20,000 nucleotides of DNA from an uncultured virus (IMG/VR IMGVR_UViG_3300013132_000038) (Duplodnaviria > Heunggongvirae > Uroviricota > Caudoviricetes), in IMG/VR virus record IMGVR_UViG_3300013132_000038. One strand, 5' to 3'. Shown piece after piece: positions 7,405 to 18,673 of this stretch. Numbering within the stretch: the stretch's first letter is position 1; the number at the start of each line of letters is the position of its first letter. A model generated the notes under the pieces. The model ran no database searches and had not been told where the DNA came from. It saw only the letters and a list, made by a program, of their open reading frames with translations. Position numbers and translations under genes: made by a program.

Positions 7405-9020
7405 TGGCTGGATTTACCGACGATAAAAAATCATTCTTTAGCTCTATTATAGACAGTATAAAGAAAGTGGGTAGTTTTGGAATGGCTTATGAAGATCTTG
7501 TTGTAAAGAATTCGCAAGCTGTAGGTATAACAGAAGCTCAATTTCTACAAAAAGGTGGGATTAAAGATGAATCTTTCCTATTCGGTTTAAGAAGGGCTGA
7601 TACCACTACTAAACAGTACATAGCTTATTTCGACAAGGACTATAAAAACAAAAGGCATTATTTACAAGGATTTGCACAGAATCCTGAAATCGAGTTTATA
7701 TTAGACACAATATGTGACGAGTCAATAGTTTATGACGAAAAAAACTTCTGGGCTTATTTCTCTTTTATGCAACATGATGATGTTGATGATGAAACATACG
7801 AAAAAGTTCAGAAAAGATATAAAGAGATTTATAATCTGTTTGGGTTTAATCAGGATATTTCAGCGTGGCATTTATTTAGAAAATTTCTAGTAGATGGTAT
7901 AATAGCATTTGAAATAGTTTTCGACAAGAAAGGAAAAAATATAGTAGGATTTAAAGAACTAGATCCCTGGTCTTTAATTCCAACAGTAGAAGCACAGCCA
8001 GACGGTTCTTTTATTGATATTTGGATACAGTATCCAGACAATCCATCATTAACAAGAAAACTTTACGATTCTCAGATAATTTATATAAGTTATGCTAAAG
8101 GCGGAGGAACATCCTCTAGAGTTAGTTATTGTGAAAGAATGATTCGTTCTTTTAATCTTCTAAGAATAATGGAGCACACAAGAATTATCTGGAACGTAAT
8201 GAATTCCTCATATAGGATGGCAATGACAGTTCCCATTGGTACTAGATCGCCACAAAAAGCAAAACAAACTCTAGGAGAGTTAATGTCTATATACAAAGAG
8301 GATATAAGACTTAATACTGATAGCGGAGAACTAAGTATAGACGGTAGACCAAAGATTCAATTCTTTAAGAACTATTTAATGCCTTCCTCCCCTAATGGTA
8401 CTCCAGATATACAGCCACTTCCAGGAGGAGGAGATGCCACAGCATTCTCCGATACTACAGTTCTCAAATACTTTGCAAATAAATTGAGAATGGATTCAAA
8501 AATACCCGCTACTAGATTTGGTAGAGAGGAATCGGGGTCTGAAGGAACTATCACTTTCACCGCAGAAGGATTAGATCAAGAAGAGGTTAGGTTTGGTAAA
8601 TTTATAAACAGACTAAGATCAATTTATCAAGAAATATTAATGAAGCCTTTATGGGTTCAGTTCTGCTTAGATTTTCCGCATCTTAAAAAAGATCATATAA
8701 TAAAATCTGAATTCGGTCTAGACTATGTGAAAGAAAACATGTTTGGGGAAGCTAAAGAAATGGAAGTTCTAACTGCAAGAAAAGATCAGGTAATTAAGAT
8801 ATCTGCCCTTATGAATTCTGCAGGGAAAAAATACTTTAGCATGGATTTCTTAGTTGATCGATGGCTAGGAGTAAAAGGACAAGATTTAATTAGTAACAAA
8901 AAAGCTAAAGAGAAAGCGGCGGAGGCTAAGAAGAAAGCTGCAGAAGCTGAAAGTGGAGCTACTGGAGCAGAAGGAGCTACTGGAGCAGAAGGAGGAGGAG
9001 GAGATGAATTTACACTATAA
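7404..9020 (+). CDS. gp20: T4 gp20-like portal protein, copy 1
   Basis: 538 aa; PEIEFILDTICDESIVYD, FRKFLVDG, ELDP, FNLLRIME...IIW, KIPATRF, EEVRFGKFINRLR...ILMKPLWVQ, matching T4-type portal motifs. Confidence 0.85.
   Translation: MAGFTDDKKSFFSSIIDSIKKVGSFGMAYEDLVVKNSQAVGITEAQFLQKGGIKDESFLFGLRRADTTTKQYIAYFDKDYKNKRHYLQGFAQNPEIEFILDTICDESIVYDEKNFWAYFSFMQHDDVDDETYEKVQKRYKEIYNLFGFNQDISAWHLFRKFLVDGIIAFEIVFDKKGKNIVGFKELDPWSLIPTVEAQPDGSFIDIWIQYPDNPSLTRKLYDSQIIYISYAKGGGTSSRVSYCERMIRSFNLLRIMEHTRIIWNVMNSSYRMAMTVPIGTRSPQKAKQTLGELMSIYKEDIRLNTDSGELSIDGRPKIQFFKNYLMPSSPNGTPDIQPLPGGGDATAFSDTTVLKYFANKLRMDSKIPATRFGREESGSEGTITFTAEGLDQEEVRFGKFINRLRSIYQEILMKPLWVQFCLDFPHLKKDHIIKSEFGLDYVKENMFGEAKEMEVLTARKDQVIKISALMNSAGKKYFSMDFLVDRWLGVKGQDLISNKKAKEKAAEAKKKAAEAESGATGAEGATGAEGGGGDEFTL
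8955..8990 (+). repeat. 18-nt tandem duplication in the tail of portal copy 1
   Basis: GGAGCTACTGGAGCAGAA x2, encoding GATGAE twice. Confidence 0.9.
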
Positions 9021-9026
9021 AATAAA

Positions 9027-10649
9027 ATGGCTGGATTTTTAGATAAATTAGGAAAAATAAACCCCAATATCTCCAGGATATTAAAAACTATTAGTGGACT
9101 AGGGTCTTTTGGGATGGAATACAAAGATATGGTTATCCAAGACTCAATGGCAATCGGTGTATCTGAAGCCAACATGAGAGAAAGATTTGGATTTACTGAT
9201 TCTGATGAGGATTTTATCTATAGTATAGCAGCTCAGGACACTTCCAATAGAAAATACATAGCATACTTCGATAAGGATTATCCATTTAAAAGAGATTTTC
9301 TTAGAACTTTTGCTTTAAATGCTGAAATAGAATACATCTTAGACACTATCTGTGATGAAGCAATAGTTTACGATGAAAAGAACTTCTTTTGTCATCCTGC
9401 TTTGATGAATATGGATCTTAAGGATGACGTAATAAAAGCTTTAAGAAATAATTTTAGAAAATTATACGTATTACATAACTTTGCCAATGGACTTACTGGA
9501 TGGCAATATTTTAGACAATTAATAGTAGAGGGATTTCTTGCCTTTGAAATCATATACTCTAATGACGGAAAAGAGATAGTAGGTTTTAAAGAATTAGACG
9601 CAGTTAGTTTAACCCCCGCTGTTGAAAAAAAACCCGACGGAACTAGAGAAACCATATGGTGGCAATATTACGGAGAAACTGTAAGACAAAGAAAACTTCT
9701 AGATGCACAGGTTATCTACATATCGTATGCTAAAGCAAACGTAGTTTCTAGAGTTTCATATACCGAAAGACTTATAAGATCCTATAACTTGTTAAAAATC
9801 ATGGAGCATTCCAGAATAATCTGGAACGTAATGAATGCCCAATATAGAATTAAGATGACGGTTCCTATTGGTAGTAAAGCTCCACAAAAAGCTAAAGAAA
9901 CATTGGGAGAGCTTATGTCTGTCTATAAGGAGGATATTAAGCTTGATACGACTTCGGGGGAGCTTTCAATAAACGGTAGACCTGATATACAATTTTATAA
10001 AAACTATTTATTCCCACAACAAGGGGGTGAATCGGTTAAAATCGAAACATTAAACGCACAGGGTCCAAATTTAAATATTATGGACTCAGTAGTTTATTTC
10101 TATAACAAATTAAGACAAGACTCTAAAATTCCTTATAATAGATTCTCATCTAGATTTGGTGTCGGATCTAACAATGTATTTAAAACTGCTGCAGATGGAG
10201 CAGAAAGGGACGAAGTTAGATTTGCTAAGTTTATAACACGTCTTAGGTCTATATTTCAAGAGATCGTTGTTAAACCCCTATGGATTCAAATGTGTCTCGA
10301 TTTTCCAGATCTTAAGAATGATTCAGAATTTAGAAGTCAGATAGGTGTTAAATTCGAAAGCGATAACATATTCGGGGAATCTAGAGAGATAGAGCAATTA
10401 ATAAAGAAAATAGATTTTATAACATCTATGGGCGAAATCAAAGAAACTGTAAACGAAGAAGAAGTACAGTTCTTTGACCAGGATTTTATGATAGAGAGAT
10501 GGCTAGATTTATCATACGATGATATACAATTAAATAAGTCATACGTAAAAAAAGCTGAAGAATCTGGAAAATCTGCAGCGACAGGAGCGACAGGAGGAGA
10601 CGCAGCAGCAGGAGATGAAGCAGCAGGGGGAGCTGAAGCAGCAGTATAA
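9027..10649 (+). CDS. gp20: T4 gp20-like portal protein, copy 2
   Basis: 540 aa; AEIEYILDTICDEAIVYD, YNLLKIMEHSRIIW, KIPYNRF, RDEVRFAKFITRLRSIF...KPLWIQ; colinear with copy 1. Confidence 0.85.
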   Translation: MAGFLDKLGKINPNISRILKTISGLGSFGMEYKDMVIQDSMAIGVSEANMRERFGFTDSDEDFIYSIAAQDTSNRKYIAYFDKDYPFKRDFLRTFALNAEIEYILDTICDEAIVYDEKNFFCHPALMNMDLKDDVIKALRNNFRKLYVLHNFANGLTGWQYFRQLIVEGFLAFEIIYSNDGKEIVGFKELDAVSLTPAVEKKPDGTRETIWWQYYGETVRQRKLLDAQVIYISYAKANVVSRVSYTERLIRSYNLLKIMEHSRIIWNVMNAQYRIKMTVPIGSKAPQKAKETLGELMSVYKEDIKLDTTSGELSINGRPDIQFYKNYLFPQQGGESVKIETLNAQGPNLNIMDSVVYFYNKLRQDSKIPYNRFSSRFGVGSNNVFKTAADGAERDEVRFAKFITRLRSIFQEIVVKPLWIQMCLDFPDLKNDSEFRSQIGVKFESDNIFGESREIEQLIKKIDFITSMGEIKETVNEEEVQFFDQDFMIERWLDLSYDDIQLNKSYVKKAEESGKSAATGATGGDAAAGDEAAGGAEAAV

Positions 10650-10735
10650 TCGAAAACTTATTTAGTTTTTTAGTATAATATTTAAATCCTTTTTATTATT
10701 AAAATCGATTTTCTATATTAGCTAAAAACATATAA

Positions 10736-12061
10736 ATGCAGAAAGAACTTAGAATCCTGTTAGAGATAGAAAATGCAACAGGAAACGGATCACAAAAAAT
10801 TAAACAGGATCTTATAAAAAACAATTATTCTAAAGAACTAGAATATCTACTCAAGGTTTCCCTTGATCCATTTCTCACTACTAAATTACATAAACTTCCC
10901 GTCCTATCAGATTCTCCATATATCTTAGAGACTGAAGATATTTTTGAAAGGTTTAAAGATCTCACTAGAAAGCTTTTTGAAGCACCAGCTGCCAATGACA
11001 AGTTAAGAGAGGAAGCATTCGAATTGGTTAACTGCTATCCGCTTTCAGAGGAGGAAAGAAAGATTTTGTCTAAAGTTTTAACAAAAAGATTAAACATAGG
11101 TATCGGAGCTAAGTTAATAAACAAAGCTTTTAATAAGGAGGTTATACCAGATCCCAGTTTAATGCTTGCACAGGATGACGAAGACGAAATAAAAAAATGG
11201 GATTCCATAGTCTGTGAAGAAAAATATGATGGAGTAAGAGTAATTGCATTAGTTGTTGGAGAAGAAGTAAAGTTTTACACTAGAGCATTCAATGAGATAC
11301 CAAATCAATATTTAAAAAAGATCGCAGACGAGTGCTTGATCTTAATTAAGAACTCAGGATTACAAGGAGGATGGTTTTTCGACGGCGAACTTACTGATCT
11401 AAACAGAAAGAGTGTTTCTGGTAAAGTAACACAAATGCTAAAGGGTAAACCTTCGGATTCTATCGGTGATGATCTTCTTTATAACGTTTTTGATCTAGAG
11501 GATGCAGATAGTCTAAAAAATGGCAAAGGAATCATACCTTTTGATGTGAGAAGAGGCACATTAGAGGGTGTTTTTAATACGTATAACACATCTTCTCTTA
11601 CACTTGCAGATTCTTTCTTGACTACAGAAAAAGAAGACATCTACGCTTACTATAATAAAATAGTTGCCCGGGGTGGCGAAGGGGTAATTCTTAAAAACCC
11701 AGAACACGTATATGAGTGTAAAAGATCTAAGAATTGGATTAAACTCAAGGAGGTTAACGATTGCGATTTAATAATTACTGGATGGTACCCTGGAGAAGGA
11801 AAGAGGGAAGGATTTATCGGGGGATTCTATTGTGAGGATTTATCTGGCACAGTTAAAGTAAAAGTAGGAGCTGGTTTTACAGATCAAGATCTTAAGGATC
11901 TTAGTGAAAATCCAGATTCACAGATTGGTAAAGTTTGTGCTATCCAGTATAATGTTATTATCAACGACAAAAATGATAATTGGTCTCTGTTTTTACCAAG
12001 ATTTATAGAAATAAGAAATGATAAAGATTTAGCAGACGATATGAGAGGTTTATGTAAATAG
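10736..12061 (+). CDS. lig: ATP-dependent DNA ligase (T4 gp30-like)
   Basis: Motif I EEKYDGVR, motif III FFDGEL, IIIa VFDL, IV GEGVILK, V WIKLK, and C-terminal OB domain ending SLFLPRF..IRNDK. Confidence 0.95.
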   Translation: MQKELRILLEIENATGNGSQKIKQDLIKNNYSKELEYLLKVSLDPFLTTKLHKLPVLSDSPYILETEDIFERFKDLTRKLFEAPAANDKLREEAFELVNCYPLSEEERKILSKVLTKRLNIGIGAKLINKAFNKEVIPDPSLMLAQDDEDEIKKWDSIVCEEKYDGVRVIALVVGEEVKFYTRAFNEIPNQYLKKIADECLILIKNSGLQGGWFFDGELTDLNRKSVSGKVTQMLKGKPSDSIGDDLLYNVFDLEDADSLKNGKGIIPFDVRRGTLEGVFNTYNTSSLTLADSFLTTEKEDIYAYYNKIVARGGEGVILKNPEHVYECKRSKNWIKLKEVNDCDLIITGWYPGEGKREGFIGGFYCEDLSGTVKVKVGAGFTDQDLKDLSENPDSQIGKVCAIQYNVIINDKNDNWSLFLPRFIEIRNDKDLADDMRGLCK

Positions 12062-12076
12062 TTTAAATTTTAATAT

Positions 12077-12658
12077 ATGGAGGTTAGGGTAACAAAATTT
12101 TTAAAAGGTGTATGTAAAATTCACGGAGAGACCAATTTTTATATTTATAAGGAAGAGGCTCATAAATGTGCTGAATGTACTAAGAAAAAATCTAAGGAAT
12201 GGGGTTTAAAAAATCAAAAATACAAAAAAGAATATTCTATCCAATACAATAAAAAAAATCCCGAAAGAATAAAAATACTAAATGAGAGACACAAAGAAAT
12301 AGGCAGAAAAAAAATAATAGAAAGTCGAGATGATTTTTACAAAAAATTTGGTTGCTATATAGAAGAAATAGCATCCAAGATCTCTTTGAAAAAAATACCA
12401 GGTTATAAAAAACTTGGAATAATGTCTAACCCTACTAAGGATAAAATACTCGAAGTCCTTATAAAATGTAAAAAAACACAATTAACCAATTGTGAAAGAT
12501 ATAGAGCTTCAGCAATGGTTAAGTGGAATCACCTTAAGTCTCTTAACATGAGATCTGCAACTGAAGAGCAGAAATCTATTATAAGAGCAGAGTATAAAAG
12601 AATAGCTCAGATAGCTGTTGATGCTGAGATGGAAAGAATATTAAAAAATATTAAATGA
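12077..12658 (+). CDS. basic hypothetical protein with N-terminal CxxH...CxxC putative Zn ribbon
   Basis: CKIH...HKCAEC followed by a Lys-rich helix; no nuclease catalytic motif recognised. Confidence 0.6.
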   Translation: MEVRVTKFLKGVCKIHGETNFYIYKEEAHKCAECTKKKSKEWGLKNQKYKKEYSIQYNKKNPERIKILNERHKEIGRKKIIESRDDFYKKFGCYIEEIASKISLKKIPGYKKLGIMSNPTKDKILEVLIKCKKTQLTNCERYRASAMVKWNHLKSLNMRSATEEQKSIIRAEYKRIAQIAVDAEMERILKNIK

Positions 12659-13602
12659 TACAAGAACTATTAACTGAAAAATTAAGACCGAGGGAATTAA
12701 AACATATGATACTTCCACAAAGGATAAAGGCTTCCTTTGATGATGGTCTACAACAAAATGTATTATTATCGGGATCTCCTGGATCTGGTAAAACCAGTAT
12801 GGCTAAAATTCTAATAAAAGGACATCCGCACATATTTATAAATGTATCTGACGAAAGTTCAGTTGAAACAATAAGAACAAAAATACATGACTTCTGTTCT
12901 ACCGTTTCTATACTAGACGGAGAAAATATGATAAAGATAGTTGTTCTAGATGAGTTTGACGGAGCATCAGATCAGTTTTACAAAGCTTTAAGAGGAACTA
13001 TAGAGAAATATGCAAAGACTACCAGATTTATAGCTACGTGCAATTATATTAATAAAATTCCTGATGCTATCAGATCAAGATTCCAAACATATGATTTTGA
13101 TCCTATTGATAAAGGCGAGGAAAACGAAATAAAATCTCAATGGAAGGATAGAGTTGGTAAAATATTAGATCTTATGGGAATAAATCATGACATTCATGTT
13201 CTGGAGAGTTTTACTAAAAAATACTTCCCCGATATGAGATCAGTTTTGAACACTATACAAAGATGGAATATAGATGGTGTTACAGATCTTACTGAACAAA
13301 AAATAAATGAGGTTGTCTGGAATAATGAAGAGATATTTGATATAATATTTAATTCTAAAGGACCTATGGAAAACTATAGCTTAATCATGGGTCAATATTC
13401 AGGTAAAGTGGATGAGGTCCTATCTTCTCTTGGATCTGAATTTATAAACTGGATATCTGAAAAACGTCCAGATAAGATGAATACAATACCAGCTATTATA
13501 ATTACCGTTGCTAAGTATCAATCTGAAAGAAACCTTGTTATAGATCCAGCACTTAGTCTATCTGCTTGTATATTTTCTCTACAACAAATAGTAAATAAAT
13601 GA
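12655..13602 (+). CDS. gp44: sliding clamp loader AAA+ subunit (T4 gp44/RFC-like)
   Basis: EKLRP, Walker A GSPGSGKTS, Walker B VLDEFD, TCNY...AIRSRF (SRC-like) and PDMR sensor 2. Confidence 0.92.
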   Translation: MIQELLTEKLRPRELKHMILPQRIKASFDDGLQQNVLLSGSPGSGKTSMAKILIKGHPHIFINVSDESSVETIRTKIHDFCSTVSILDGENMIKIVVLDEFDGASDQFYKALRGTIEKYAKTTRFIATCNYINKIPDAIRSRFQTYDFDPIDKGEENEIKSQWKDRVGKILDLMGINHDIHVLESFTKKYFPDMRSVLNTIQRWNIDGVTDLTEQKINEVVWNNEEIFDIIFNSKGPMENYSLIMGQYSGKVDEVLSSLGSEFINWISEKRPDKMNTIPAIIITVAKYQSERNLVIDPALSLSACIFSLQQIVNK

Positions 13603-13666
13603 TAAGTATACTAGGCATTTAATACGTAAATTATACATAATGCTTAATATAATATACAATAATAAC

Positions 13667-14137
13667 ATGAAGGCAAAGATAATCATAGTAGGTCCCGGAG
13701 GATCAGGAAAAGACTTCTTAAGAAAAAAAATGGTAGAGAGGGGATTCGAATATGGAGTATCTTTTACTAGCAGACCTCCTAGAGATGGAGAGTTGGAAGG
13801 AGTAGATTATTACTACAGAGATGAGAATTTCTTCAATTTTAATTCCGATATTTTTCTAGAGCTCCAAGAATTTAATGGATGGAAGTACGGAATATCTAAA
13901 GATGAATTCTCGGTAAAAAATCTTTTTATACTAAGCCCTGCAGGAATTAAAAGCTTACCTAAATCATTTAGGGAAGAATCTTTTGTTATTTATTTGAATC
14001 CCTCGGCGGGGATTAGGAGAAAAAGATTAGAGGGAAGAAATGACGCAGATAGCGTCGGAAGAAGATTTTTAGCTGACGGAAGGGATTTTTCTGGTTTTTT
14101 TGACTATGATATAATGATAACTAACGAAGATTTTTAA
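13667..14137 (+). CDS. gmk: guanylate kinase-like nucleotide kinase
   Basis: P-loop GPGGSGKD, TSRPPRDGELEGVDYYY, FLE..EFNGWKYG. ATG 13667 is preferred over 13640. Confidence 0.85.
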   Translation: MKAKIIIVGPGGSGKDFLRKKMVERGFEYGVSFTSRPPRDGELEGVDYYYRDENFFNFNSDIFLELQEFNGWKYGISKDEFSVKNLFILSPAGIKSLPKSFREESFVIYLNPSAGIRRKRLEGRNDADSVGRRFLADGRDFSGFFDYDIMITNEDF

Positions 14138-15267
14138 TGATAACAGTTTGTGTGGATGGAAACTATATTTTCCATAAGACCTTTGGTATATTTTCTGGAT
14201 TTGGATCAAAGAATCCGGGTGACATTTTATCATCAGATGCCGAAAGAAATATGTTTGTAAGAAAAGTAATTACAGACTTGTGTTATGCTTTAAAACAGAT
14301 ACCTGATGTAAAGCAAGTGATATTTTGTAAAGACTCTAGATCATGGAGAAAAGATTATAAAATTACCAGGAGTGTATATAAAGAAAGCAGAGTAAAAGGA
14401 GAAGGTGTAGATTGGGGATCTTTTTTTAAACTCATGGATGAATTTTCTGAATATTTAGAATCTAATGGTTTTATTTATAGTTCGTACCAAGGAGCGGAGG
14501 GAGATGACTTGATATGGGCATGGTGCGAGCACCTATCAGAAAAGGGAGAATCTGTAATAGTAATAAGTGGTGACAAGGATATGCACCAACTTGTTAGGTA
14601 CGATGATTTATCGTGGGTGGGTATATGGAACAGTAATTCCAAAAACAACAAATTAATAGTTTCTGAAAACTGGAAAGGTGAGTTAGAAACAGAAACCACT
14701 ATATTTGATGTGGATCCTATGTCTGGTTCTAATTCATCAAAAATGGAAAAACTATTATCTTCGTGTACTTTGGAAAAGATCAACACAAAAGAATATATTT
14801 TTAAGAAAATCCTAATGGGAGATAAAAAGGATGATGTTCCTGGGGTATTTCCTCACCAAACTAAAAATGGTAAAAATTCTAACATAGCAGAAGGGAAAGC
14901 TAATAAAATATGGGGGCTTTACCTAGAGTCTGAATGGAGAGATTATTCCATGGAGTATCTTTGGGATAATGACGACTTTCTAGGCTGGATATCTGGATTA
15001 TCATTGAGACTTGTTTCACAAACGGATAATTCAGAAAATAGAGAGAAATTTAAAAAATTCTATGAGGAGAATGCTAGATTGGTTTGGCTAAATTCAAGAT
15101 CACTGCCTAGAAATATGGTAGAGGGATTAAGAAATCATGTACAGGAATTAGATATAAAGGAAAGACTTTTGCTAAATATGGATAAAAAAGAAATGATTGA
15201 AAAATCACCATGGGCTAGTGAAGCTAAGCCACCTAAAGGATTTGATCCATTTGAACTATTTAACTAA
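14137..15267 (+). CDS. rnh: 5'-3' exonuclease / T4 RNase H-like flap nuclease
   Basis: VDGNY, DSRSWRK, YKESR, EGDDLI, SGDKDMHQL and MGDKKDDVPGV: the acidic motifs of the FEN/Pol I 5'-nuclease family. Confidence 0.88.
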   Translation: MITVCVDGNYIFHKTFGIFSGFGSKNPGDILSSDAERNMFVRKVITDLCYALKQIPDVKQVIFCKDSRSWRKDYKITRSVYKESRVKGEGVDWGSFFKLMDEFSEYLESNGFIYSSYQGAEGDDLIWAWCEHLSEKGESVIVISGDKDMHQLVRYDDLSWVGIWNSNSKNNKLIVSENWKGELETETTIFDVDPMSGSNSSKMEKLLSSCTLEKINTKEYIFKKILMGDKKDDVPGVFPHQTKNGKNSNIAEGKANKIWGLYLESEWRDYSMEYLWDNDDFLGWISGLSLRLVSQTDNSENREKFKKFYEENARLVWLNSRSLPRNMVEGLRNHVQELDIKERLLLNMDKKEMIEKSPWASEAKPPKGFDPFELFN

Positions 15268-15668
15268 TGAATAATCCATTTGATATAATAAAATCTTTTT
15301 ATTCTAAATCGTGGAATAAAATAAACGATAGGGACAAATCTAGAAATTTATTTATGATTAACAGGATATGTTCAATAGCTTATCCTTTACAAGCAAATTC
15401 TTTTAATAACATAAAGATAAATCCGGATAAGGTTGTTGATTTTTGGAAAGTTTTTATAACCAGTAAGCATAAAACTGTTCCGCCTTGGATATGGACAAAG
15501 ACTCAAAAGAAAGAGAAAGATGAAAAGAAAAAAGAATATAAGGAGGAAGTAATAAACTTTATAAAAGACAGGTATCAGATATCAAATAGAGAAATAGAGG
15601 AGCTAAAAACCTTTTATCCAACTAAATTCAATAATTTTTATAAGGAGATTGAAACGCTTCTAAGTTAG
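15267..15668 (+). CDS. probable clamp loader small subunit (T4 gp62-like)
   Basis: NPFDIIKSF...FMINRICS...W..K....K...INFIKDRYQISNRE resembles the gp62 family pattern (PFD...FMINR.LS...KW.K...IK.YY..S); size 133 aa; near gp44. Confidence 0.5.
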   Translation: MNNPFDIIKSFYSKSWNKINDRDKSRNLFMINRICSIAYPLQANSFNNIKINPDKVVDFWKVFITSKHKTVPPWIWTKTQKKEKDEKKKEYKEEVINFIKDRYQISNREIEELKTFYPTKFNNFYKEIETLLS

Positions 15669-15686
15669 ATTGAGATTTAAATTCCG

Positions 15687-15694
15687 GATATATA
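15687..15694 (+). promoter_or_regulatory. candidate late promoter GATATATA
   Basis: Intergenic, starts 29 nt before ATG 15716, at the switch from replication to structural genes. Confidence 0.55.
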
Positions 15695-15715
15695 TTCTAA
15701 ACATAATATTCCGGG

Positions 15716-18616
<2,901 letters not shown>

Positions 18617-18642
18617 TCCTTGACATTAATAAAAAATTAAGG

Positions 18643-18650
18643 GATAAATA
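18643..18650 (+). promoter_or_regulatory. candidate late promoter GATAAATA
   Basis: Intergenic, starts 31 nt before ATG 18674; one base from the T4 late consensus TATAAATA. Confidence 0.5.
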
Positions 18651-18673
18651 TACTATTAAAAAATAAAAATTAG

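Noticed and set aside
15681..15714. ATTCCGG direct repeat / imperfect inverted repeat around the promoter motif
   Set aside because: Only 7 nt, single occurrence; too weak to call an operator.
18620..18654. Sigma70-type promoter TTGACA...TATACT
   Set aside because: The spacer would be 23 nt, far from 17; the GATAAATA motif is the better explanation.
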